A stretch of DNA of 63,849 nucleotides, filler included, from Octopus bimaculoides (Eukaryota): assembly GCF_001194135.2 (NCBI RefSeq). It is 6 parts of 6 records of this genome, joined end to end, with 100 filler letters (N's around TTAATTAATTAA, not from the genome) between each part and the next. Parts side by side here need not be neighbours in the genome. Positions count along the whole stretch, not along the records: positions 20,379 to 31,356 come from NW_026397933.1; positions 31,457 to 51,246 come from NC_069001.1; 4 more parts are not named here. One strand, 5' to 3'. Position numbers and translations under genes: made by a program. Below are positions 23,077-33,610 of the stretch, in pieces. The notes under the pieces were generated by a model that saw nothing but the letters and a program-made list of their open reading frames with translations, did no database searches and had not been told where the DNA came from. The number at the start of each line of letters is the position of its first letter. Position 1 is the stretch's first letter.

Positions 23077-26000
23077 TTACGAATAGGGGATTATTAATGT
23101 TAGGATGAACCGGTTGGCATTGTTTTGGTTAGATTCTTCACACACACGTGGATAACTGGGCCTGGGTTGGTCTGTAGTCCGGGCTGTCCCAAATGGACAT
23201 CGAATTTCATGTTGGGAGTCAGTCAAGTGTGGAGGGTCAACGTCTGTTACTAATTCGGAATCGGAGACGTGTCCATGGTCATCCCGTGTTTCAGCTCGGG
23301 GATTGAATGGGTGTTGATGGTTGACGTCGTCAGTTTTGAACTGGGGCCGAGAGATGTGTTGATGGTCAGTTTGCGCTACACTACAGGAGTCGTCCTTGGT
23401 CTTGCACTGAGGCAAATATTGGACCGTACCACATTGACGGTCAGTCTGGGTTTCTGACATGAGATTCGACATATTCCAATGCTCGGTGTCTCTTCCAGCG
23501 AGAAGTTCAGTAAATAGATGAGAACTGGGCACAGATTCAATCTGGAAATCGGACATACAGTGTGGCTGTAGCTTAACCGTATGCTGATGGTCAGTTTTAC
23601 CTTTCTGCTCAAGTTCAGCGTTGGCCTCTTCAGATTGCTTAGTTTCATTCTTGACCTGGCATGTGGTCACACTACCACATGGCCTAGACTCTACTTCAGG
23701 CCGGAGGCTCACTGCATGCTGGTGCTTAGTTTCACCCCCACCCCCACATTCTTTGTCAGTCTTCTCAAACTGGAGCTTGGCCAGAGATGGGTACCTAATC
23801 CCGATTTGAGGAGCTCTCTTAAACAGATATTCTCTCCCAGGCTTGCACTCACTCTCAAGCTCATACTCGCTCTCAAACTCGTACTCAGTTTCCGTGTCAA
23901 ACTGAAGTTCAGCCAGGGTTTCACACCAAGTCTTGGTCTCAACATGATACGATGCCTCAGACTCAGTATCCGTCTCAAACTGAAGCTCAGCCATGAGTTG
24001 ATCACTGCTCTCAGTATCTGATTTGCACATGTACTGAGTCGTGTATTCTGGCCTAATGCAGCCCTCAACCAGAGCCACATGCTCGTCTTTGCACTCAGTC
24101 CCAATCTGGAGTCCGGTCGCGTGCAGGTCACTCTTTACCGTTTTGAGCCAACTCTCACTGCCATGCTCACACTTCCTCTCAGGTATGTATCGATGCTGAG
24201 TATGTTGCCGAAGAAGGGTCTCGGAGGCGTGCCACTGAGGCTTAGCTGCAGTCCGGTTATACTTCAGTTTGTGGGCGTGCCAGAGTTCAGGCTCAGACTG
24301 GTACACACTATCTCTTCCAAGCTCAATCTTGGTTATGTGATCACACACAGCATAAGACTTAAATTTAAGGTGGATGTCAGTGTCCGAATCAGCCTCATGC
24401 TGGTGCTCACGCATGCGCAGAAGCTCAGCTTCAAGATCATGTTCGTGATGATGAGGTTCGGGCTCATGCAGTTGGTCAATGTCAGTCTTCGGCTCATACT
24501 TGGTTATGGTCACGTTATTATACTCAGGCTCAGAAGAATGTCGAGACTCAGGCTCAGTCTTGTGCTGAAAGTCAGGTTTGGCTTCATGCGATTGTGGTGG
24601 AGTCACATTCTTGAGCTGGACTTCAGTCACGTGGCGGTGGTCAGTGCTGGTCATGTGTTTGTGTTTGGTTTCGGTTACAATCTGCAGCTTGGTCAAGTGC
24701 TGAGACACAAACTCAAGCTGGAGGTCCGTCACGTGCTCACAGTCAGTCTCAAGTTGGAATTCGCTCAAACGCTGACATGCTGTCTTCAGCTGGAGTTCGG
24801 TCACATGCTGATGCTCAGCGTCAGTTGCAAGCTGGAGTTTGGTCACATGATGGTGCCCAAGCTCAAATTCAAGTTCAACATCGGTCTGAGTCTCCATCTC
24901 AGTCTGCAGTTTGGCCTCTGGTTCAGACACTTTATGTGGCAGCTCAAGGTCAGGCTCAGACCGAGGTTTCATTTCAATCTCATATTGAGTCTCAGGTTCA
25001 GTCTCAACAGGCTTAAGCTCTGGTTGAACCACAGGCTCAAGCTTAGGCTGGAGAACAGGCTGAGGCTGAGACTGGAGAACAGGCTCAGGCTCAGGTTGAA
25101 GATCAGGTTCGTGTTCAAGAATAGGCTCAGATACTGGTTCTAGCTTAGGCTCAGATACTGGTTCTAGCTTAGGCTCAGATACTGGTTCTAGCTTAGGCTC
25201 AGATACTGGTTCTAGCTTAGGCTCAGATACTGGTTCTAGCTTAGGCTTAAATTGGCGTTTTACCACAGTCTTTTTTGGGTCCTTGCTCACAAGCTGGGGC
25301 TCAGACACAGGTTGAGGTTCAGCACTGGTCCCCTGTTGAGGCTGGGGCTGGGTCACGGGTGTATCTGGGGCTGGTGGCATTTCATACTCAATCTCAGGCT
25401 GAAAATACATCTTGGGTCCTTGTTCAGGTTCAAGATCAGGCTTAACCACAGTTTTCTTTTTGTCCTTGATCTCAAGCTGAGGTTTATTAGGTACAGGCTG
25501 AGCTTCAGCACCAGTCCCCTGTTGAGGCTGGGCCAGGGGTTCATCTGGAGCCGGTGGCATATCATACTCAATTTCAGGCTGAAAATACATCTTGGGTGCG
25601 AGTTCTTGTGGTTTAGTATCATGCTGTATGGGCTCAGGTGAGGGAATTCTGTGGTGCCGGAGCTCAGGTGTGGACTTGCCGCTATGCTGGATCTCTGGCC
25701 TAGGCTCACTGTATTCACTATCAGGTTCAGACTGGTATTTGATTTTGGTCTCTGGCTTCTGAGGGAGCTCACTGCTAGATGGGAACTCTAGCTCAGGATA
25801 AGCCTCAACATCAGGTTCTAAATAGTATGAAATCTTGGATTCAGGCTTACGTGGGGGTGAGCCAGGCTCACAGTATTCAATATCAGGTTGAGACTGGTAT
25901 TCGATCTTGCTCTCTGGCTCCAGTGGGGGCTCACTGCTAGACGGGAAGCCTATCTGCGGATAAGCCTCAACATCAGGTTCTAAATAGTATGTGATCTTGG

Positions 26001-28098
26001 ATTCAGGCTTATGTGGGGGTAAGCCATCACGCTGTATCTCTGGCCCAGGCTCATGGTATTGAACATCAGGTTGAGACTGGTATTTGATCTTGGTCTCTGG
26101 CTCCAGTGGGGGCTCACTGCTAGATGGGAATGCTAGTTCAGGATAAGCTTCAACATTAGGTTCTAAGCTGTATGTAATCTTAGGGTCAGGCTTAAGTGGG
26201 GGTAAGCCATTTCGCTGGACCTCTGGCTCAGGCTGACGGTATTGAATATCAGGTTGAGACTGGTATTTGATCTTGGATTCTGGCTTTTGTGGCGGCTCAC
26301 TGCTAGATGGGAATGTTAGTTCAGGATAAGCTTCAACATCAGGTTCTAAGGTGTATGTAATCTTAGGGTCAGGCTTACGTGGGTGTAGGCCATTTCGCTG
26401 GACCTCTGGCTCAGGCTCACGGTATTGAACATCAGGTTGAGACTGGTATTTGATCTTGGATTCTGGCTCTAGTGGGAGCTCACTGCTAGATGGGAATGCT
26501 ATCTCAGGATAAGCTTCAACATCAGGTTCTAAGGTGTATGTAATCTTAGGGTCAGGCTTACGTGGGGGTAGGCCATTTTGATGGACCTCTGGCCCAGGTT
26601 CCCGGTATTCAATATCAGGTTGAGATTGGTATTTGATCTTGGTCTCTGGCTCCAGTGGGGACTCACTGCTAGATGGGAATGCTATCTCAGGATAAACTTC
26701 AAGATTAGAATCTAAATAGTATGTAATCTTGGATTCAGGCTTACGTTGGGGTGGGCCATATCGCTGGACCTCTGGCCCAGGCTTACGGTATTCAATATCA
26801 GGTTGAGACTGGTATTTGATCTTGGTCTCTGTCTCCAGTGGGGGCTCACTGCTAGACGGGAAGCCTATCTCAGGATAAGCCTCAACATCAGGTTCTAAAG
26901 TGTATGTAATCTTGGATTCAGGCTTATATGGGGAACGCCCATCACGTTGGATCTCTGGCTCCTGTTGGGGCTCACTGCTAGAGGGGAACTCTATTTCAGG
27001 AAGAGCCTCAACATTAGGTTCTAAGTAGTATGTAATCTTAGACTCAGACTTATGTGGAGGTGTGCTGGTACGCTGGATCTCTGGCCAATCTGGGAGTGGG
27101 CCATTGGGCTGGATCTCTAGCTCCCGTTGGGGCTCACTGCTAGATGGGAACTCTAGCTCAGGAAAAGCGCTAACATCAGGTTCTAAGTGGTATGTAATCT
27201 TAGATTCAGACTTATGTAAGAGTGGGCCATTTCGCTGTATCTCTGGCCCAGGCTCACGGTATTCAATATCAGGTTGAGACTGGTATTTGATTTTGGTCTC
27301 TGACTCCGGTAGGGGCTCACTGCTAGACGGGAAGCCTATCTGCGGATAAGCCTCAACATTAGATTCTAAATAGTATGTAATCTTGGATTCAGGCTTGGAT
27401 TCAGGTGGGCCATTTCGTTGGATCTCCAGCTCCTGTTGTTGGGGATCAATGCTAGATGGGAACTCCAGTTCTGGATAAGCTTGAACATTAGTTTCTAAGT
27501 AGTATGTAATCTTAGGTTCAGGCCTTTGTGGAGGTGGGCTATTTCGCTGAACAGGTGGTGGTGGGCTATTTCGCTGAACAGGTAGAGGTGGGCTATTTCG
27601 CTGAACAGGTGGAGACGTGCTTTGGCGCTCGGTGCTGGTGTAGTGAATGTTTGATGGAAACTGATACTTAACTTTGGTCATGGGATCAGGTAAAGGTTTC
27701 CTGCCTTGTGGAGTTTTGGCTTCCGGGTAGTATGTTATGTCAGATTTCTGGTTGTAATACTCCACACCAAACTCAGGCGGAAGTTCACTGTATTTCTGAT
27801 ATTCCTTGGTAACCAGTTTCGACTTTAGCAACAGCTTTATCATATTCAACACGTCCTTTTTCGTGTAATCACCATCACGCTTTTGTTTCTTCTTGCGACG
27901 AGGACGTCTGCGACGAGACTTGCCTTTCGCAGTCTTCTCCTCAGACTCGCTGTCATAAATATAATTCATCAGGTTTACTTGGTGTGACGAGTCTGCTGCT
28001 TCCCCAACACATTTTGCGAACACATGGTAAAACAAATACAGGAACAACACAATTCCGAAAACATCAAACTCTAAGCTGTTTAACACATACATGTCCAT
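23077..28098 (-). CDS. Uncharacterised 1673-aa Pro/Glu/Tyr-rich tandem-repeat protein, single long ORF
   Basis: 5022-bp stop-free frame with an in-frame stop 10 codons upstream of the ATG. N-terminal hydrophobic segment, Arg/Lys cluster, 11 copies of a ~61-aa repeat whose length variants all preserve frame, a 60-aa duplication, (PVSEPKLE)x5 and a His/Thr/Glu-rich C-terminus. Confidence 0.8.
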   Translation of the reverse strand: MDMYVLNSLEFDVFGIVLFLYLFYHVFAKCVGEAADSSHQVNLMNYIYDSESEEKTAKGKSRRRRPRRKKKQKRDGDYTKKDVLNMIKLLLKSKLVTKEYQKYSELPPEFGVEYYNQKSDITYYPEAKTPQGRKPLPDPMTKVKYQFPSNIHYTSTERQSTSPPVQRNSPPLPVQRNSPPPPVQRNSPPPQRPEPKITYYLETNVQAYPELEFPSSIDPQQQELEIQRNGPPESKPESKITYYLESNVEAYPQIGFPSSSEPLPESETKIKYQSQPDIEYREPGPEIQRNGPLLHKSESKITYHLEPDVSAFPELEFPSSSEPQRELEIQPNGPLPDWPEIQRTSTPPHKSESKITYYLEPNVEALPEIEFPSSSEPQQEPEIQRDGRSPYKPESKITYTLEPDVEAYPEIGFPSSSEPPLETETKIKYQSQPDIEYRKPGPEVQRYGPPQRKPESKITYYLDSNLEVYPEIAFPSSSESPLEPETKIKYQSQPDIEYREPGPEVHQNGLPPRKPDPKITYTLEPDVEAYPEIAFPSSSELPLEPESKIKYQSQPDVQYREPEPEVQRNGLHPRKPDPKITYTLEPDVEAYPELTFPSSSEPPQKPESKIKYQSQPDIQYRQPEPEVQRNGLPPLKPDPKITYSLEPNVEAYPELAFPSSSEPPLEPETKIKYQSQPDVQYHEPGPEIQRDGLPPHKPESKITYYLEPDVEAYPQIGFPSSSEPPLEPESKIEYQSQPDIEYCEPGSPPRKPESKISYYLEPDVEAYPELEFPSSSELPQKPETKIKYQSEPDSEYSEPRPEIQHSGKSTPELRHHRIPSPEPIQHDTKPQELAPKMYFQPEIEYDMPPAPDEPLAQPQQGTGAEAQPVPNKPQLEIKDKKKTVVKPDLEPEQGPKMYFQPEIEYEMPPAPDTPVTQPQPQQGTSAEPQPVSEPQLVSKDPKKTVVKRQFKPKLEPVSEPKLEPVSEPKLEPVSEPKLEPVSEPKLEPVSEPILEHEPDLQPEPEPVLQSQPQPVLQPKLEPVVQPELKPVETEPETQYEIEMKPRSEPDLELPHKVSEPEAKLQTEMETQTDVELEFELGHHHVTKLQLATDAEHQHVTELQLKTACQRLSEFQLETDCEHVTDLQLEFVSQHLTKLQIVTETKHKHMTSTDHRHVTEVQLKNVTPPQSHEAKPDFQHKTEPESRHSSEPEYNNVTITKYEPKTDIDQLHEPEPHHHEHDLEAELLRMREHQHEADSDTDIHLKFKSYAVCDHITKIELGRDSVYQSEPELWHAHKLKYNRTAAKPQWHASETLLRQHTQHRYIPERKCEHGSESWLKTVKSDLHATGLQIGTECKDEHVALVEGCIRPEYTTQYMCKSDTESSDQLMAELQFETDTESEASYHVETKTWCETLAELQFDTETEYEFESEYELESECKPGREYLFKRAPQIGIRYPSLAKLQFEKTDKECGGGGETKHQHAVSLRPEVESRPCGSVTTCQVKNETKQSEEANAELEQKGKTDHQHTVKLQPHCMSDFQIESVPSSHLFTELLAGRDTEHWNMSNLMSETQTDRQCGTVQYLPQCKTKDDSCSVAQTDHQHISRPQFKTDDVNHQHPFNPRAETRDDHGHVSDSELVTDVDPPHLTDSQHEIRCPFGTARTTDQPRPSYPRVCEESNQNNANRFILTLIIPYS

Positions 28099-28360
28099 AC
28101 ACGCACAAATACAAAATGAAAATATTCATAAATTATTTAGACACTTTACAGTGCAATCTAGAATTGTACGTTTGTTTCTCTTCTTCTATTCCTCTTCTGG
28201 TCTTCTGCAATTATTTGTTTTATTTTCCTTCTTTCTGTCTGGTTGTACTCTTTTTACCTTGTCTATTCCTATCTTAATTTCTCCTCCTCTTAAATTCCTT
28301 TCCTATTTTCTTCAGTCCTGTTTTTTTATTCACCTTTTTCCCTCTGAATTTATTTTTTCT

Positions 28361-29100
28361 TCCTCTTCAATTCCTCCAGACTTCTTTTCCTTTCCTCTTC
28401 AATTTCTCTGGTCTAATTTTCCCCTAGTTTTCCCTTTCTCTTCAATTCCTCCAGCCTTCTTTTCCCTTCCTCTTCAATTCCTCCAGACTTCTTTTCCCTT
28501 CCTCTTCAATTTCTCTGGTCTAATTTTCCCCTTCTCTTCAATTGCTCCAGCCTTCTTTTCCCTTTCTCTTCAATTCCTCCAGCCTTCTTTTCCCTTCCTC
28601 TTCAATTCCTCCAGACTTCTTTTTCCCTTCCTCTTCAATTTCTCTGGTCTAATTTTCCCTTTCTCTTCAATTCCTCCAGCCTTCTTTTCCCTTTCTCTTC
28701 AATTCCTCCAGCCTTCTTTTCCCTTCCTCTTCAATTCCTCCAGCCTTATTTTATCCTTCCTCTTCAATTCCTCCAGTTTAATTTCTTCTTCCTCCAATCT
28801 AATTTTGTCCCAGTCTTTTCAATTCCTCCAGTTTAATTTCTTCTTCCTCCAATCTAATTTTGTCCCAGTCTTTTCAATTCCTCCAGTTTAATNNNNNNNN
28901 NNCTTCAATTCCTCCAGTTTAATTTCTTCTTCCTCCAATCTAATTTTGTCCCAGTCTTTTCAATTCCTCCAGTTTAATTTCTTCTTCCACCAATCTAATT
29001 TTGTCCCAGCCTTTTCAATTCCTCCAGTTTAATTTCTTCTTCCTCCAATCTAATTTTGTCCCAGCCTTTTCAATTCCTCCAGTTTAATTTCTTCCTCTTC
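28361..29100. repeat. Pyrimidine/purine-skewed minisatellite: ~12 x 32-bp units followed by 55-bp units
   Basis: Unit aattcctccagccttcttttcccttcctcttc (32 bp). aatttcttct recurs at 28921 and 28976 (55 bp). Confidence 0.9.
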
Positions 29101-30650
29101 AGTTCTTCCAATCTTATGCCTCCTTTCTCTTCAGTTCCCCAAGTCTTATCTTTCCTTCTATCCTTCTTATTTCGTTCGTTTCTGTTTCCTCGGTTTTGCG
29201 TTTCTTTTACTTTTCCTTCTTGTTCAAAATTTCGATGTTTTGCCCTCCCCAATCCAACTCTCCTGTCTTTTAGTCTAACCTTTCTTCTCTTTCGTATACA
29301 TTTCTTTTTCCCCTGTTTTCCCGTCTTTTCTTTCTTACCCTCCACTTAACTCAGTACCGACATCATCACCCCTATGTCGGTAGCTCACTCTCTATCACTT
29401 TATATATATATATATATATATATATACCTTCTTATCTCTTTATATTTACGATAATATATATGTAGTATATTTGATACTTTTTCCTCAATTTTTGTGAGGA
29501 AAAAAATAGCGAAAACAAAAATTAATGAATACGAAAAACGATAAAAATAATTCACCCCCGGGTCGATCTTACTTCTTTTTCTTTTTCATTTCAATCCAGA
29601 AAAATAAAGAAAATCTTTAAATCCACAATTCCAGGNNNNNNNNNNNNNNNNNNNNNNNNNNNNNNNNNNNNNNNNNNNNNNNNNNNNNNNNNNNNNNNNN
29701 NNNNNNNNNNNNNNNNNNNNNNNNNNNNNNNNNNNNNNNNNNNNNNNNNNNNNNNNNNNNNNNNNNNNNNNNNNNNNNNNNNNNNNNNNNNNNNNNNNNN
29801 NNNNNNNNNNNNNNNNNNNNNNNNNNNNNNNNNNNNNNNNNNNNNNNNNNNNNNNNNNNNNNNNNNNNNNNNNNNNNNNNNNNNNNNNNNNNNNNNNNNN
29901 NNNNNNNNNNNNNNNNNNNNNNNNNNNNNNNNNNNNNNNNNNNNNNNNNNNNNNNNNNNNNNNNNNNNNNNNNNNNNNNNNNNNNNNNNNNNNNNNNNNN
30001 NNNNNNNNNNNNNNNNNNNNNNNNNNNNNNNNNNNNNNNNNNNNNNNNNNNNNNNNNNNNNNNNNNNNNNNNNNNNNNNNNNNNNNNNNNNNNNNNNNNN
30101 NNNNNNNNNNNNNNNNNNNNNNNNNNNNNNNNNNNNNNNNNNNNNNNNNNNNNNNNNNNNNNNNNNNNNNNNNNNNNNNNNNNNNNNNNNNNNNNNNNNN
30201 NNNNNNNNNNNNNNNNNNNNNNNNNNNNNNNNNNNNNNNNNNNNNNNNNNNNNNNNNNNNNNNNNNNNNNNNNNNNNNNNNNNNNNNNNNNNNNNNNNNN
30301 NNNNNNNNNNNNNNNNNNNNNNNNNNNNNNNNNNNNNNNNNNNNNNNNNNNNNNNNNNNNNNNNNNNNNNNNNNNNNNNNNNNNNNNNNNNNNNNNNNNN
30401 NNNNNNNNNNNNNNNNNNNNNNNNNNNNNNNNNNNNNNNNNNNNNNNNNNNNNNNNNNNNNNNNNNNNNNNNNNNNNNNNNNNNNNNNNNNNNNNNNNNN
30501 NNNNNNNNNNNNNNNNNNNNNNNNNNNNNNNNNNNNNNNNNNNNNNNNNNNNNNTCAAAATCGGACTCCAACGCCCTAACATCATGGTTCACCTATATCT
30601 ACCCCACATCTATTCCATCAACATTTGAAATACTCCACTCTAGTCCCATC

Positions 30651-30795
30651 ATCATCATCATTTAACGTCCGTTTTCCATGCTGGCATGGGTTGGACGGTT
30701 CGACTGAAAACTGGTAAGCCGGATGGGGCTGCACCAGGTTCCGTTCTTGTTTTGGCAAGTTTTCTACGGTTGAATGCCCTTCCTAATGCCGACCA
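30651..30795 (-). mobile_element. Family D retroposon 3' end with (GAT)n tail
   Basis: Reverse complement of ...ccaacccatgccagcatggaaaacggacgttaaatgatgatgat. Confidence 0.65.
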
Positions 30796-31356
30796 CTCCA
30801 AGAGTGTAGTGGGTGTCATTGACCTGACATTAGCATCCATCATTACTATGGTCTCACTTGGCTTGACAGGTCTACACAAGCATGGCATATCGCCAAAGGT
30901 CTCGGTCACCTGTTACTGCCTCCATGGGGTCCAACACTTGAACAGCGCCTTTTACNNNNNNNNNNTTGTCCCATCTTCGTTGAGCCCTGTGTGGCTAATA
31001 AAAGAAATGTATATTGTACCAAACAGATAGTCTAGAGCCCTCTCCCCAATTTCTTTCTGTTCTTAGTATTTAAAATGCTCCCAAGGCTTTGAAGTATTGA
31101 GAAAAAAAAAAAATTGTCTACGATCACCAAAACAGCACAACATTTAACAGAAGTCAACAAATGCGGTACGCTATTCTCTAAATAGACCTCTATATTGTAC
31201 TTGAAGCCCTACTTTTCAAAATCGGACTCCAACGCCCTAACATCATGGTTCACCTATATCTACCCCACATCTATTCCATCAACATTTGAAATACTCCACT
31301 CTAGTCCCATCATCATCATCATTTAACGTCCGTTTTCCATGCTGGCATGGGTTGGA

Positions 31357-31456
31357 NNNNNNNNNNNNNNNNNNNNNNNNNNNNNNNNNNNNNNNNNNNN
31401 TTAATTAATTAANNNNNNNNNNNNNNNNNNNNNNNNNNNNNNNNNNNNNNNNNNNN
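31357..31456. other. Artificial scaffold linker 44N-TTAATTAATTAA-44N
   Basis: Exact 100-bp construct. Confidence 0.95.
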
Positions 31457-31630
31457 CTGACTTTAAGAGTATTGCAAAGGGCCTGATTGGAGGCCCAACC
31501 TTCAGAATTCTTTTAAAGGACCACTGCAATGAGTGTGTGAATCTGAGAGGGGAATATGTTGAATAAAATCATAACTGATCCTCCTGTATTTTCTTTTACC
31601 CAAAGCCAGGAACTTTCCAGCACCCCTTGT

Positions 31631-31790
31631 CATCGTCGTCATCGTCGTTTAACGTCTGCTTTCCATGCTAACATGGGTTGGACGATTTGACTGAGGACTG
31701 GTGAAACCAGATGGCTACACCAGGCTCCAATCTGATTTGGCAGAGTTTCTACAGCTGGATGCCCTTCCTAACGCCAACCACTCCGAGAGT
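31631..31790 (-). mobile_element. Family D retroposon 3' end
   Basis: Reverse complement of ggcgttaggaagggcatccagctgtagaaactctgccaaatcagattggagcc...cagtcaaatcgtccaacccatg. Confidence 0.75.
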
Positions 31791-32444
31791 ATGGCTACTC
31801 ACATTTTACAAGCTGGATGAAAATGCTTGAATGGAACCAGAGGGCAATATTCTTTTGGGGTTTTTGCTTATTGCAGCTCATTCCCAATAGCATGTTTGCT
31901 TCTTCTGGCCTCAATTATATTTCATTTTGTGATGTCTTCCCATTCTTGTGTTGCTGTATTATTTAAACATTCCTTTGTTACAGCAATTAATTCATTTATT
32001 TTGTGAGGTTTTCTACGACCCATATTTTCTCACAGAGGTTTTCCACTTTTCTCTGTCCTTGCCAGACTCTCTACTTGTGCTAATATTATTTTCTTATTTA
32101 ATCCCCTGTAAAGACTTTGTTTATCCTCTCAAAACATTTGATTTTGTTTGAATCATACTATATATTTACTAAATCTTGTATTCTCCATGCATTATCTTTC
32201 ATCTGTTGAATTAATATTTGTACAGAATCTTCTTTTATGGGGGGGTGCGGAATATATATGTGAACCTGTTTTGGATTTTATTTATTCTATATCATATCTC
32301 TTACTGTCTCTCTCTCACTCAGTCTTTTGTTTCCAAACAGGATCTCTTTTATATTTTCTACTTTTTTTCCTTTATTTCAATGCCAGCTGCTCTGGTTGCT
32401 AAGCAGACTGTGGCTTACATTATTCCTTTTAACATCATCAAGCA

Positions 32445-32955
32445 CAGGTGTGGCTGTGTGGTAAGAAGCTTTCTTCCCAACCACATGGTTCCAGGTTCAG
32501 TTCCACCGCATGGAACCTTGAGCAAGTGTCTTTTACTTTAGCCTTAGGTTGACCAAAGCCTTGTGAGTGGATTCGGTACATAGAAACTGCTTGACAAGGC
32601 GAGCTGGCAGAAACGTTAGCACGCCGGGCGAAATGCTTAGTGGTATTTCGTCTGCCGCTACGTTCTGAGTTCAAATTCCTCCAAGGCCGACTTTGCCTTT
32701 CATCCTTTTGGGGTCGATAAATTAAGTACCAGTTACACACTGGGGTTGATATTATCGACTTAACCCCTTTGTCTGTCCTTGTTTCTCCCCTCAATGTTTA
32801 GCCTCTTGTGGGCAATAAAAAAAAAATAAGAAACTGCTTGACAAGCAGTGTTGGTGTGTTTACATACCCCGTAACTTAGCGGTTCAGCAAAAAACACAAT
32901 AGAATAAGTACTAAGCTTAAAAAAAAAGTCCTGAAGTCGATTTGTTTAACTAAAA
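32445..32955 (+). mobile_element. SINE family B with a SINE family A nested inside (32597-32822)
   Basis: Family B head and body interrupted by a full family A copy, with agaaactgcttgacaag duplicated on both sides of it. Confidence 0.75.
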
Positions 32956-33392
32956 CNNNNNNNNNNNNNNNNNNNNNNNNNNNNNNNNNNNNNNNNNNNN
33001 NNNNNNNNNNNNNNNNNNNNNNNNNNNNNNNNNNNNNNNNNNNNNNNNNNNNNNNNNNNNNNNNNNNNNNNNNNNNNNNNNNNNNNNNNNNNNNNNNNNN
33101 NNNNNNNNNNNNNNNNNNNNNNNNNNNNNNNNNNNNNNNNNNNNNNNNNNNNNNNNNNNNNNNNNNNNNNNNNNNNNNNNNNNNNNNNNNNNNNNNNNNN
33201 NNNNNNNNNNNNNNNNNNNNNNNNNNNNNNNNNNNNNNNNNNNNNNNNNNNNNNNNNNNNNNNNNNNNNNNNNNNNNNNNNNNNNNNNNNNNNNNNNNNN
33301 NNNNNNNNNNNNNNNNNNNNNNNNNNNNNNNNNNNNNNNNNNNNNNNNNNNNNNNNNNNNNNNNNNNNNNNNNNNNNNNNNNNNNNNNNNNC

Positions 33393-33605
33393 AAGGCGAG
33401 CTGGCAGAAACGTTAGCACGCCGGGCGAAATGCTTAGTGGTATTTCGTCTGCCGCTACGTTCTGAGTTCAAATTCCACTAAGGTCAACTTTGCCCTTCAT
33501 CCTTTTGGGGGTCTATAAATTAAGTATCGGTGAAAGACTGTGGTTGATGTAATCGACTAGTCCTCTCCCCCCAATTTCAGGCCTTGTGCCTATAATAGAA
33601 AAGAT
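33393..33605 (+). mobile_element. SINE family A
   Basis: aaggcgagctggcagaaacgttagcacgccggg...aggccttgtgcctataatagaaaagattatt. Confidence 0.8.
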
Positions 33606-33610
33606 TATTA

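Noticed and set aside
23581-25641. Plus-strand ORFs (e.g. 24079-25143, 354 aa) opposite the long ORF
   Set aside because: Antisense shadows of a repetitive coding strand; Leu/Arg/Phe-rich with no independent signal.
23077-28098. Naming the long ORF titin, reflectin, suckerin or a TE protein
   Set aside because: No Ig/Fn3 domains, no reflectin motif, not Gly-rich, and no RT, integrase or transposase motifs; similarity to PEVK would be compositional only.
28091-28891. 266-aa Phe/Ser/Pro-rich ORF as a membrane protein
   Set aside because: It arises from a pyrimidine-rich 32-bp minisatellite that cannot form stops on this strand.
30556-31356. Exact ~140-bp repeat (30556-30697 and 31216-31356)
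   Set aside because: 100% identical, and both copies abut gaps or a contig end; likely a haplotype or assembly artefact.
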